DNA of 64,000 nt from Neoechinorhynchus agilis (GCA_051530055.1 CM121342.1:9129480-9193479), one strand, 5' to 3'. Counted from the stretch's first letter, positions 11,584-24,290 are shown. Made by a program: numbers and translations. The notes: generated by a model not told the origin, from the letters alone.

Positions 11584-12346
11584 ACATAATAAAGTACAAA
11601 ACGTGCAATCACCACCGTCCGCAAAATTGGAGCTTCTCTTCTTCCTCGGCTGTCGCTATCACGCTAGCCGAATTGCCTCGTTGTACTGCGAGAAGATATT
11701 TTGTCGCAGGAATACACCTGCTCGTCCGTCGATGGTCGTTTCTCTCAATTTCTTCGAGAGATCTTGGAGCAGAGAGAGTGCTGAGCTGCCAAGCGCTCCA
11801 TACGTCTCTACTCCGAAGGGGACAAAATAGTGGACCTTGCTAATTCTCTATATTTTCGTACCTTCCTCCCTTCCGCTGCACTGGCTGCACCTCCAGCGAT
11901 TTCGAGAAAGTAGGGGATGTTGCTTACTGCGAGGGGCGTGGCGTCTTCAAGAAGGCATTTGCCCTCCCGCCACGGAAAGACCGGGATTTCGTCTGGTCGA
12001 TGACCGTCTAGTCGACAAAGATGGGCGGGTTCCAAGATGTTGAGGAAGTTCGCCGTTTTCAACGCCCGAGAAATTACGCTATTGATCTCAGAATTGCGGG
12101 AGAACCTTCCTCCTGACTTTCGGAAAAGGAGACCGTGTCGCCCGAGAGCATCAACCAAAGACCCACATCGACAGCGATGGGGCGTGCATATCAGGAGACC
12201 AACTCATAAGGACACTGAGACCCTCGTTACCTCATCATTGAGAAGAGTTCCCACAGATGCCAGAGGAACAGCCTCCAACCACACCCCGATTCTCGTGTCA
12301 AAACTGCCAACAATCTAGCCCGGACGATCCCATCGCGAGAACCTGA
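11584..12346 (-). mobile_element. 5'-truncated CRE-like non-LTR copy (RLE end) with a 12-bp TSD
   Basis: GRHGL...EINSVISRAL..LEPAHLCRLDG.RPD..PWREGK. ACTTTCTGATGA at 11572-11583 and 12347-12358. Confidence 0.9.
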
Positions 12347-12645
12347 ACTTTCTGATGATTGAATTATTTGATTTTGATGGGGATAGGAGCGAGTTGGGTA
12401 ATTTTTATTGGCCCATACGTTAGATTTTTGCCCGCTGAGATGTTCACTGGATTTGAAATATTTAGCCGCGGCGGGGCAGAACCTTTTATAGGCCTTATGA
12501 TCTCCACAGCAGTTACAGCAAATTACTTTATTATTTTTTTGTGCCATCAGAAGACTTGATTCTCGGCGCAAATTCCGCATTTCAGCTCATTTCTACATTG
12601 CGAAAGTGTGTCCCCCCCCAATGATTGCATTTGGGCATTGCGTTA

Positions 12646-15100
12646 AGATGTAATCATAATTAGAGTTATTCCTTGCTCCCATTCATCGGCGCTGGCCAAA
12701 ATGCTAGCCCCATTGCCCCGCTGCACCGCAATGCTTATTTTTTGCGCCAAGAACGACGTCGATCTTGGCTCTCCAGTCGCTGCGTAAATTCGTTTCCCCA
12801 AGTCCTTCAGGAGGGCTAGTGCCGACCCTCCCAAGGCCCCATACGTTTCTACACCGAAGAAGACAAAATGGTAATTTCGGATTAGCTCCCTGTATTTTGA
12901 GCATTCCCGATCCTCTGCAGCCGTCGCCGCTCCTCCTGGACCTTTTTTCGAGTGGCTGATGTTGGAGTTTGCCAACGTGTCCACACACGTTGCATCCCAC
13001 AACAATCATTTTCCCTCCCGCCAAGGAAGGGCGTCTTCCATCTAATCTACAAAGATTTGTGGGTTCTAGAATGTTTGGGAGGGAAAGCGTTTTTCGAGTT
13101 CTACTCAGAATGGCATTGATTTCAGCATGCCTTGGAAATCGTCCCGCTGACGTCTTGCATATGAGACCGTTTCTCCCCGAAGCATCCACTATAATGCCGC
13201 AGCGGCAGCGATGGGGGATGCAAATCGGTAGGCCTAATCTCAAGAATACTGCGATCCTGACGACTGAGTCAGCAATGAGCGTTCCAAGTTTCCCTACAGG
13301 GAGAGCATTCAGCCACGCTCCCGACTCCTTCGTGGAACAGGCTACCAGCCGGACCTGAGACACCTTACCCAGAAGATCTTTGAAAGAGTTGTGAATCTTC
13401 TGAACAAGAGGAATGTCCCAAGACGACTGTTTGCACTCATTTGCGGGGAGCTGGTTGATGCCTGTCAATTGATGCCATTGAGATAATCCCGTGGCAAAGA
13501 TCAAATCCTTCACTGGTGTGCCTAAAATGGCATCGACATAGACTTTACTTGCCCGGCAAGAGGAGAGGAAGGCAGGTAAAGCGACGTTTGAAGTGGTGCG
13601 AACTCCCAAACAACCATAAGCCGTGGGAAAAGTAGCCTGTCACCAACCTGTGTCAGAAAATTTGACATTCAATATATGTCCCAGCTGCTTACGAATTACC
13701 CCGTCGAGCTCTCCTAACAATTTGTCTTCTCCGAAACATGGAGCTGCTCTTAGCTTATGAAGCAATTTCGGCATATAGAGGCAATTCTTGATCAAGAAGA
13801 GACCCTCATGTGCCGAAAGCTCAGAAGTTCGGCCGCAGAGCAACTCCATTTTCAAGATTTGTGCGCGCAGGTCCTTCGCAACATTCTCAGCAAGAACGCA
13901 GCTCCCGAGGAGTGTGAGCTGGTCAAGCGTGATCAAACCTAGACCAGGAGCAACTGATTCAAAATCGCTAGAGATTTGAGAGCGCTCGTTTTCAGTTGCG
14001 TTCAGGATGAGAAGTTCGCATTTTTGGGGATTTATTTCTGTTCCCAAGCGGTCCGCTTCATTCACGATCCTTTGAAGGTCGCTCAAAACTATACTTGGAT
14101 CACCACCGAGTGTGGCATCGTCCAAGTACCAAGCGTTGAAAGAAGAAACCATTGAATGGGCAAGATCATTTACTGCGACGGAGAAACCTATGGGGCCGAG
14201 TGGATCTCCCTATTGTACACCGCTCTGCGACTAAATTATTTTGTCATTTTATAGCAGTGGCGTATGGTTAGCATATGCTCTCCAGAAATAACGATAAGCC
14301 TCTGGGACGACATCCTCAATTGCTTTTAACATTATTTCCATTTTTAAGGTATTGAAAGCATATTTAAAATCTACTTTCAGAATTGCTGTTGGCTTTGTTC
14401 TTTGGGGGGTAAATTTTCGCAGAGCACGCACGACCGCTTCAACTCCACGAGAAGTGCAGCAACCTAACTGACGGGGTCTTAAAAGTTCTCCCGTTTTATC
14501 GGAGATTCTCCTGCATAAAACTTTCGCGGCTAACCTACGCAAAGTGCAGCCAATGGCGATGGGACGAATCCCACCATCTTTCTTGGACAAAGCACACAAA
14601 GAGGCGCCGAAGAAAAGATGTGTAGCTAAATTGCCAATGGAGCCCTCGATGAAAATATGAACTATTGTAAGCAAAGCAGTTCCGATGGCTATTCCCGAAG
14701 CACCTGTAGAAAAAAGACATCAGGTCTTTGAGGTGCTGTGGACGCAAGCCATTTGGCCCGTGTCCTGAGCCATTGGCGAAGGAATACACAGCTTTTCTTA
14801 TTTCTAAAATATTTGCTCGAAAAGCCTGAGCAATTGGTGTAAAATTGGTGGAATTGGACTTCGATGACGGATGCAACTTTAATAGAGCCTCAAAAGTTGT
14901 GCCATGATTCGGCGCAAAATCTTCAGTTGAGGCTAGAAGCCGAACCGCACCGCGAACATCCCCGTCTGCGAGCTTCGCCGAAACGCGTTGACCCAGTGGC
15001 CGAACTGTGCCTTGTTCACGGCTTTTACTAGACGAATTTTCGGGAGTCGCTGAGGATTCTGTCATTCTCTTAAAATTCGCGTCGAACTCCACTAGCCTAT
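12646..15100 (-). mobile_element. Degraded CRE-like RT/RLE retrotransposon
   Basis: LADGDVRGAVRLL, GGIRPIAIG, DFKYAFN, WYLDDATLGG, LWDATCVDT; stops and frameshifts present. Confidence 0.92.
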
Positions 15101-15103
15101 TTC

Positions 15104-15247
15104 TCGACGTCGTTCTTGGCGCAAAAAATAAGCATTGCGGTGCAGCGGGGCAATGCGGCTAGCATTTTAGCCAGCGCCGATGAATAGGAGCGTTGATACA
15201 ACTATAAATTATGTATGTTCGAAAAAAATATGTTTTTTTAAAAAAAA
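15104..15247 (+). mobile_element. Short CRE 3'-end copy with an A-rich tail, head-to-head with the 12646-15100 copy
   Basis: Inverted, about 90% similar to about 12655-12765; ends in an A-run at 15240-15247. Confidence 0.8.
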
Positions 15248-16350
15248 GTTATTCCTTGGAAATGAAAAATTTATCCAATGAGCTAAGAATCCGACTGAGG
15301 TTCCCTTTAATTTCTCAATGACTTTCACTGGAAATTGAGCTATTACAGCATATGCAGGTTTTTCCGGATTTTGATATAGTAATTTTATTGGTTCAACATG
15401 AAATTTCCGTTCAAAGAGTTGGAAGTCTTCCTTCTTCAAGTTGGGAATATTTTAGACCAGAAGAGAACATTTTCGTGAAATATTACTGAAATCCAATTTG
15501 GTTATCCTTTAACATTTTTGAAAATAAGTATAATCCTTCATAACTTAGAAAGGCGATGATATGGGTTCATTTTGTGGAGAAGTGTTTCTTAATCTGATAT
15601 ATTTTAGCATTTTCACAATTTTTTGGAGTTAGTTGACAAACTGGTTCTTAATGACATTATTTATGGTTGCGTTTTTAATACTTTCTTTTGTAAGACGCAA
15701 AGTCTAGGCAGTTTCGGAATGAAACCATTATTTTCACTTTTTGGTAAATGGGATGCCCGTTATATTCAACCTTCTTAACCGAGGCAACGAAACCAACGTT
15801 AGAATTTATCATATTTTTGTTAGGGAAAGATAATCCTTCATTATCAACAACCATAATTGGAATTTGGTCATTCGCAAATAAACTGTGGGAAGATAACAAC
15901 ACATCTTTAACCTTCATTCTTCTTCTTTACACGTTCTTCAACGAGAACGGAAGACGTTCCTTTAAGCTCCAATCTTGATTACATCGGAGGACTAAACAAT
16001 TAATTGCTCTGTCTTTCAAAGCATGCATTTTGGATTGAAAGAATAATACCAAATTTGTTTTACAAATCATCTGAAAAAAAATTGTAGACGATTGAATTTC
16101 TTTCAGTTATTATGTTTCGTTTACTTATTTAAATTTTTTTCCATTTGTTGAAATGTTTATATCAAAAATATTATGTGGGTTCGTTAAAATGCAGTTTATG
16201 ATTCGTGTCTATGAATTTTTTCGATGGCGTTTTATATTGAAATTTGGATATGAACCGAAATTATGGTGTTTTCAATTGCATCTCTGAAACAAAAGCTCTG
16301 TATCAATATATTTAAAAAGAAATGGCGAATTTATAGAATTGGCGGAAGTT

Positions 16351-16647
16351 TTACTGTTGCCATTGCTCCTCGTCTTCCTCTGAGGTATTGTCTTCTTGTA
16401 GCTCATTGAAAAGGCTTCTAAGTCCTTGATAAAATTCTCCAAGAGCTGGTGGAACGTATTCATCATCAGGGGTCCCGCTTATAACTGCAGAAATGATTTC
16501 ATCGATAACAGCTATGTGATTAGCTACTTCCATTTGTTCTGTTGTATTGTCCGGTTCATTATCCTCGTTAAAAGTGAAATCCTCCTCATCAGAAGAGTCG
16601 CTAGGCCATTCATTGTTTGGTTGCTTTGGTATTGCTCTATCGCGCAT
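16351..16647 (-). CDS. 98-aa acidic protein, cassette A (copy 2)
   Basis: Protein identical to copy 1; part of the direct duplication 9474-10651 = 16090-17267. Confidence 0.6.
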   Translation of the reverse strand: MRDRAIPKQPNNEWPSDSSDEEDFTFNEDNEPDNTTEQMEVANHIAVIDEIISAVISGTPDDEYVPPALGEFYQGLRSLFNELQEDNTSEEDEEQWQQ

Positions 16648-17004
16648 CGTAGAATTGAAGAAAATGTTTGCTTGATTTGTTGGCTGCTGTAGAAAGATTG
16701 ATGGTTGTATACTGCGCGATTTGTTTCACATACACGCGAAATAGGGGGTCCATTGATTCTCTTCATATAAATTATTTATAGATCAGCGAGAGATCGGCGG
16801 CCATTTGATCTATTGTTTTTAATTTCATATCCTGTTTTCTTAGGGGAACCAATCAGCGTGCGCCGTTCGATGATATCTACGGGAGGGGGGATTAAATTTC
16901 ATTCTTAATTAAAACGAGGTGTTTTATCAAATCATTTGCGCTTGTGACCGTAATCATGGCAGAAATTTAGAATTACAGGTGGAATAATTCATTGACAATA
17001 AAAA

Positions 17005-18890
17005 TCCATTTTATACTCAAAGGCAAAGAAGATGTTATGCAGCGTAGGAACTACCGCGGCATCAAACTCATGTCTCACACAATTAAACTATGGGAACGAA
17101 TGATCGATCACAGGATCAGAGAAGAGATCCGAATCAGCGAGGATCAACGAGGATTTGTGCCCGGCAAAAGCACAATCGACGCAATATTCGTACTCAGGCA
17201 GCTGTATGAGAGTTCAGTGAGATGCGTTGCTCGTTGGACAGTGTGTTCGTCGATTTGGAAGGGGCGTTACGATACGGTCCCTCGAGATCTGGTGTGGGCA
17301 TGCCTCAGGAAAAGGAATTGTCCCGAACATTAAGCGATGTTTCGAGAATGCGATGGCACAGCGGAACGATGGACTTTTTCCGAGTCTCAGTCGGTCTGCA
17401 AATGGGGTTCGGCTCTTAGCCCATTCTTGTTCACGATCGTGTTAGACGTCCTCGTCAGCTGTGGAGCGTAAAGCTGTCGCATCTCTTCAAGAAGATTGGA
17501 CCATCAGAAAGATTTGTAGCAAGGAAGTGGACACGCTCAGAAATTTGCTGGAGAGTTGGCGACAGCGATTAGAGAGCAACGGATTGAGAGTGAGCAGGTG
17601 AAAAAATGATCAACCAACTGATTTGGGTACGAGATGCAACGGAGACGACCACTGGCTATTTGAGCGTCTAATGATTCCAAGATCCTCCATATTTTTGAAT
17701 TCGGATTTAGTAATAGCGAGTTTATCGAGCGGGAGGTGTCGCGGTCTAGCATGGAGTGGTTGTCCGTGTGTCTCAATAATGTGCTCCACTGCATGTTTGG
17801 TCAAAACGTCCGAAAAGGTAGGTCTCGTTATATCGGGGAAATCTGCGAGAATTTTACTAAATTCGTCGTTCTTCGATCTGCGAAAATCGACGCTGAGGGC
17901 TTCGATCGATACAGGAACGGAGGCTAATGGTATCGTTGCGAAAGTTTCTGCACTAACCAACTGCTTATTCCTTACGTCGACCAGTAAAACTGAGTGTCGG
18001 AGGAAATCAGCGCCTAGGATAGGGTGGTAAACCGCGGCAATAGTGAGCATCCATTCCGTGTGAGTTTTAGCGAAATTCAACTGCAGTAGCTTATTGCCGA
18101 ATGTTGGGATTATTGAACCGTTTGCAGCTGTAAGTGCTCTGCCAGGGTGTTTGGTCGGTTTATCGAGTGTTGTGGCTGGAAGGACGCTGATTTCGGCACC
18201 AGTATCCACTAGGAACCGTCGTAAAGTTTGGCGTTCGTTTAGGAAAAAGAGGCTATTGACAGAGGGACCGATCATCATTGCCTCTACTAATGATCGGTCA
18301 ATTCGTTACTTCGATATGCAAGGAATTCAGATCGAAAAGATCTTCAAATATTTGGGCAGCACGTTGAGCATGCAATGTGAGCTCACACCAGAGATCGGAC
18401 AAAGAGTTCAATGCGTGTGGAACAACTGGAGGAAGACAACAGGCATCCTTTGCGATAAGCTTCTCCCGAACAAGCTCAAAGGGCGGGTGTACAAGGCAGT
18501 AGTGCGACCCGCAATGCTTTACGGAGCAGAGACGTGGGCTACGAAGGAGGAAGACGTTCAACGATTAGCCGTCAACGAAATGGGGATGCTGAGATGGTCT
18601 GCAGGATTGACACGCAAGGATCGAGTGAACAATGAGGAGGTGCGAAAGCTGCTTGCTGTCGAGCCGATCGAGGAGGCAATCGCTAGGAGGCGGATGCGAT
18701 AGTATCTGCATGTGACCGCCTGGGTAAAGAGCGCATGGATAATCGAGCTCGAGGGGAAAAGGAGAAAAGGGAGACCCAAAAAGAGGTGGGACGACAATAT
18801 GAGCGGAGATTTCAAGACGCTGGGAAAGGCGAAGAACAAAGACGAAAGCCGACAATGCTGGAAAAACCACTTCTCAAGTGAGAGAAAAGT
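17005..18890 (+). mobile_element. RTE-clade non-LTR relic interrupted by a gypsy fragment
   Basis: RT motifs as at 10390, then FKYLGS..NKLKGRVYKAVVRPAMLYGAETWA..EMGMLRWSAG..RGRPKKRW. Confidence 0.9.
17612..18288 (-). mobile_element. Internal gypsy fragment (protease plus RT start), no LTRs
   Basis: FLVDTGAEISVLP, ILGADFL, WSSPLHLVPK; AATGATC direct repeats at 17605-17611 and 18289-18295. Confidence 0.88.
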
Positions 18891-20058
18891 TCAAAAAAAT
18901 GTTGTTGTTTATACTTGAATTGCTGTAAAAGATGAAGAGAATGTAGTTATTTATATATAAACCTTAGTAATTTCCATTAATTTAGTGTTTATTAATCAAT
19001 TCTGATTTTATAACTTATTAATTTCGCCTTTTAGAAATTCACATGTTATCAGCGAGAATATTCGAGAATTTTTCTTTAGTTTTACTGCAATCTTCTTTTT
19101 CTCTCAGAGATTGTAATTAGTAACCAAGTCGCATTCTAAAAGGAAATAAGTTCGATCGTGTTTTAATCGGAAATATCGCCCAGAAAAATATTCACACTCT
19201 ACGAAGAAGGTTTACTTGAACAGTCCCTTGTTTTGTTTTCTCTTTTATAACCATCAAAATCATCGGGAGCACTTGTATATCGCACAATCTCTTTATTTGG
19301 GTTGCCCATCCTCTGATATTGCAAAATTTGAAGATAAACTTATCGAAAGCGTTCTTAAATGTGTACGCGAATTTATATCACTGTTCAGGAGGACGATATC
19401 TCACGGCGAAGACCAGGCCCAAGATCGCTCAAGTACCTTAGGCTCTCTTAGCGGCCTTTTGTTCCAGGACCATCATGAGGTTTTTTATTTGTTTAGGTCC
19501 TTAAAGCCCGAGAACCCCGAGGTAAAAGTACAGTCCATTGTGAAAAGTTTTCTATCCATTGGTAGTTGGCCTTGGTAAAAAAATTCTTGTTTGAGCACCT
19601 TGTTTTCGTTGAGTTTAGAGCAAATCGCATGGATAGGAGAGTCATATCACGGAACATGGGGAGATCCAATAGTTTGCGACGGTCTGTTATGTCGTCGGCT
19701 CAACCTGTATGGGACTTATTAATTTTGCAATTCTGAATAAAGAACCGAGAAACGATGCCGAACAAAATAAGTTGCAAGGGTGAGCATTGAAGAAAGGTCC
19801 TCTTCGGGCGTCGAGAAAGATAGTTACACTGGATCAAAAGATATACCGCTTTTAATAATCAATCGAAGATGGGAGGAATATGTTCTCGTTTTAAGTGCTC
19901 CTGTGACGTATAACCCTCCAATGAAATAGTGCTTGAAGACTTTTTAACACTTGGAAACACTGCTCGCATTTTGCGGCCCATATTTCAGGCTCTCTTGATT
20001 CCACTTGTGAGAAAGGAGGAATTCTCGGCCTCCATTTACTTGTTCCTAAAAAAATGTT

Positions 20059-20780
20059 TTGAAAGTAGAGGGAGGATTTAGAAAAATACTGCTTTCAGCA
20101 ACATTTCGAAGCGACCAAAAAGTAACCAACCCGAGCGACTATGAGATTAGGAGAGCCATCAACGCTCAATTCAATATTCTGATTGTATTCAGCATGAACA
20201 TCAAGTTTTTCTATTTTAATCGTACAGTAAGTTTTCTAATGTTTAACGCTCCAGCAGCTTTGAACAAGGATGAATTTCGTGAACTAGACCTAAATCATGG
20301 GTTTAAACCAATCGAATATTTGTTTCGGAAAGGGGACAAGGATCCTTGTGTTATTCTATGTTTAACTAAAATTGACGACGTTCTCAAATTCTTCGACAGG
20401 TATTTCGGAATACTTTCAAATTTGCTGACAGTTCCCGCAATGTTGCCAATGGGGATACATGAAAAGAGATTGTTTTTTTGGATAGAAGGTGCATAATTTT
20501 CTCTGGAATAAAGACATTCCGATTATAGCATTCTTATGAGTGGATCAGCCGGTAGTCTTTTTATGGATATGTTTTATTTTTTCCATACACGGCCGAATGG
20601 GCACACAGTCCACCGATTTCGGTCTGGGAAGCGCTGGTCTGCGCTCAATGCCTCGAAACCGTACGGTTATAAGTTTGTACTTCCCTCTGGGTTCTCCGAT
20701 ATCTCGAAGAGGTGGGGGGACGAAGTACTGCTGAAGGGAAGAAACTATAATCTCTTTAGCGCCATCTCCTCCTGGTATTC
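20059..20780 (+). mobile_element. Degraded LINE ORF1-like relic
   Basis: RRM-like GFKPIEYLFRKGDKDPCVILCL followed by a decayed knuckle region (..NGHTVHRFRSGKRWS..). Confidence 0.45.
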
Positions 20781-20829
20781 ATAAGCGACCTAAATAACAA
20801 ACCACTCGACCGAATGCAATCCTCTCAAT

Positions 20830-21690
20830 ATAAAATGAGAACTGCATTCGGGTTTCGTGGCCGTAGATACTGAAAAGTATACCGATGCGGTCCACAGTCT
20901 GCTGGACTCTGGCGAGTTCGTCAAATTCAATTCCAATCCAACAGAAAAACGGGAGACACAACTAAATGCATTCTTGAGGACTCTACGGAAAAATAATTCG
21001 ATCAGTGAGCACTTTCATCAACAGACGAGGTCTTCTACAGCCAGGGCTTCCTTCTTGTATCTTTCCCCAAAAATACACAAACCAACGATACAATACCGAC
21101 CAATAATAGCCAACTACAATGCCTTCAATCATCGTTTGGCCCGTAGAATCAATGCACTAATAAGGAGCGTCATGCCGAACACTCCGTCATACATAGCTGA
21201 CGGCCCATCCTTTGCAACCCGAATGTGACTGGAAAAGTATGAACAATGCAAATTCTTCACGGCCGACGTAACGTCCTTATTTACGAACATTCCACTCCAA
21301 GAGACAATTTCCATAGCAGCTGAACTTCTACACAATCAATGCGAAGAACCGCGCCTTGATCATAAAACGTGGATAACTCTACTGCAGTGGTGCACATGCA
21401 AGACGGTTTTTGAATTCGATCAAGTTTTCTATGAACAACGCGACGGAGTAGCAATTGGTTCACCTCTGGCATCCACTCTAGCAGATCTGAAGCAACCCAA
21501 CATCAAAAAGTGGTATTGCTATGTTGACGACGTGTTCATAGTCACTGATGATGAAACAAACATGGGAGACCTAAGCATTCCATTCAACATGGAGGATCCA
21601 AGCATCCAGTGGTCAATGACTCAGGAAGATGAAGAGGGGACTATCTCCTTTTTGGACGTAAAGATAAAACACGATGATAAAGGCAACTAA
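20830..21690 (+). mobile_element. Penelope-like RT relic
   Basis: FLYLSPKIHKPTIQYRPII, DVTSLFTNIP, EQRDGVAIGSPLASTLA, YVDDVF; contains stops. Confidence 0.88.
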
Positions 21691-21699
21691 AGAATTAAA

Positions 21700-21750
21700 G
21701 ATTAATTTAATTAATTTTCGGCCTGAGCGCGGGCCTTCTTCAGATATCTA
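21700..21750 (-). ncRNA. Minimal hammerhead ribozyme candidate (Penelope-type)
   Basis: Minus strand CTGAAGA-A-GGCC-CGCGCTCA-GGCC-GAAA-ATTAATT-A: intact core, perfect helix II, palindromic helix III; helix I is imperfect. Confidence 0.6.
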
Positions 21751-23780
21751 AAACACGTCATTTTACAACCATTTGTCCTTTAGGACGTATATCAGGTGGA
21801 AGGCGCAGGTGGAGTTTGTAATCCGCTTTATTGTGCGTTAATGTACGCGTTGTTTGTTCTAAAATGGCCTCCACCGTTGTTCTGTCTCTACGGTTGTTAC
21901 ATTTTGCTAGAATCTCAGTGGCATCAAAATTGATCTGATGCTATTGTGGTTAAAGTTGTGATGATCTTAACCCTCCAGATGAAAAATCAACTATAGCCTT
22001 TTTAGACGACTTATGAGACTCCCTCACTCGAAGTATCTCAAAATGTTTGAATTGTTGTTTAGGTCTTCACCCGCGGTAAATGATTATTTATTAAAGACGT
22101 TCTTTGAACCTCGCCGGGTTCATCATCAGTTCTTAAATACAAGAGGTTAAATGGTTATTCTGCTCTCACACGCGCTTATGGCTGATAGTAGTGCTTCATT
22201 TTGTTAGCCATGACGACAGTGTTTGCAACCTTGTCCGGTTTCTGTTCTTTGATTAAGAAAACTTCCTTAATTAAGCGTCGAAAGTTATTGTGTTCATTTG
22301 CTTTGATCACTGGCCACTTTGCACCTCGTGTAGTGCAATATTCGACGATACCACCTTCTGGGTTTTGGACCGCTTATGTTTCGTCAATCTAATCTTTGGT
22401 TTTCGGCCTTTTTGTCCAATGTAATTGCGTTTGCATTTTTCTACAAGAAACTTTGTAGACAACAGCCCTTTTTTCTAGTTCCTGGTATTTCCGGGAAATG
22501 AAATTTCCTATCAGCACAAAGGTTATCCTTGAAATTTTGTTACGCCAAGCAGTGTTATGTGGGCCTATGTCCGGCAATCTAATTTGCGGATCTATTCGAT
22601 TTGGGCCCATGACTGTATCTTTTGACTGGATGTTCCTCGCACGGTCCGCATGCGGGTAAATTCGTTTCAATTGTTGGATTTTATCTATGAGGCAATCCTC
22701 ACTGAAGATCTTATAGGTACGATGCAGAAAACCTTTGAATATCCAAAGTATATAACTATTTGTTTCATTTGGCTTTCTATAGACCGATGTAGTAATTCGT
22801 GATCCGTTAGTTCGCGGTTAGATATCCCACGAACTCGTTAGCACTCTGTTCATCATCGGGTCAAATCACGAATATACCATCTACATATCTTTTGTAGAAA
22901 ACCGGTTTAATCGCATACGATTCCATTGTGGTTTTTCCCACTTCACATTGGTAGCTACTTGTTATGTTTCCTCTGTCAAGCACTTAACCAAGAACTTTCC
23001 CAAAGTGTAATTGGAACTGGCATTCATTGATACGATTGGTCTCAGAAGACATCTTTCATTGTGTATTTTTGGCAGACCATACATCTTCTGAATCCTTGGA
23101 TCAGTTGGATATATCTGTTTATATCTTTGCTTGCTTAGCCATCCATCCTCTTTGCCTGCTTCAGAAGTTTTATAAGCTTGTTCGTCAGCTTATTCACAGA
23201 CGGATTATCTTTTTCAGTAAAGGAATCTGTGTCCGAAATAGAATTGCACCCATTTTCTGGTTGTAATCCTCTTTCTCAAAGAGCTACCGTTATATTTCCC
23301 TTGTCCGCTTTTAGGGAAACAATTTCTATTGTCATAAGTTACTATGATGCATTCTACGACCAACGTCCGGTAATTTTGTTTCCCGATAAACTGTTGAGAG
23401 ACCATTTCTCCAAAAGTCGTGACTATTCGGGATTCGTCGCTAAGTCCAATCTGATCTCTTCTTTGTCGGCGCATAGTGGAGGCCTAAGTTCAACACTTCC
23501 TTTTGCTCACTAATAAACGACCTCTTCTTTTTGCTAATAAAGCTATTCTGTATTTTCTCATCTCTCCCTGCTCAACGCTGCCAATCTCTGTACGATATGT
23601 CCTTGAGTTTTCTGATTTTGCGATCCAAACATTCAACTTTCACCGCCAGCCTTTTCCTTGCGGTTTCTTTGCATCGAATGATTAGCCAACTGAACTCATT
23701 GCCATCGATCGTTTGCCTAATTTCTTGTAGCCTCATAATCGTCGCCTTCTACATTTTTTCAATTTGACAGTATCTGTACC
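21750..23780 (-). mobile_element. Penelope-like relic(s) with a GIY-YIG C-terminus, upstream of hammerhead motifs
   Basis: VVYKVSCRK..(GIY-YIG), RRLIKEVFLI, KGFLHRTYKIFSE thumb region; a second C-terminal EAILEQ tail near 21900. Confidence 0.72.
22090..22135 (-). ncRNA. Degenerate hammerhead motif
   Basis: CTGATGA-T-GAACC-CGGCGA-GGTTC-AAAG (G12 mutated), followed by AATAAA. Confidence 0.45.
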
Positions 23781-23964
23781 TGATTTCCCCTCGATACTTT
23801 ATTGTTTAGAAATGCAGACTCAGATTTAATCGATTACATTCCTCAGGAAATTTTAAATCAATCCTGTAAAGCATGATACGCGCGATATTTCCTTCCACTT
23901 GTTTGATTGTTTGTTTTATGGCGAATTTTTTTTGAAAGATGATCTTTTTTTATTTTTTCTAGGT

Positions 23965-24290
23965 TTTACAATAATAGAACACAAAACATGTAATCACCAC
24001 CGTCCGCGCTGAAGTGCAGCCAGTGCAGCGGAAGGGGGGGAGGTACGAAAATATAGGGATTTAGCAAGGGCCCACTATTTTGTCCCCTTCGGAGTAGAGA
24101 CGCATTTAGCGCTTTCTCAGCTCGGCACTCTCTGCTCCAAGATCTCTCGAAGAAATGGAGAGAAACGACCATCGACGGACGAGCAGGCGTATTCCTTCGA
24201 CAAAATATCTCGCTTGCAGTACAACGAGGCAATTCGGCTAGCGTGATAGCGACAGCTGAGGAAGGAGAGAAGCTAAGATTTTGCGGACGA
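23965..24290 (-). mobile_element. CRE 3' fragment inserted within a MITE/foldback structure
   Basis: Homologous to 11590-11900. Flanked by TIR-family motifs and by inverted repeats at about 23780-23860 and 24530-24590. Confidence 0.8.

Larger units (their letters stand above)
10860..15960 (-). mobile_element. Degraded I/Jockey-like LINE (ORF1 with RRM-like region and three CCHC knuckles, plus an APE fragment), split by two CRE insertions
   Basis: 15250-15960 ORF1 N-part ending ..FSFPR; 12360-12640 QCPKCNHWG..KCGICAEN..CCNCCGDHKA..CP; 11420-11583 coiled-coil tail; 10860-11000 IILCNIYIPP and DVIVGD.NSRS (APE motifs). The pieces join across TSDs. Confidence 0.7.
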
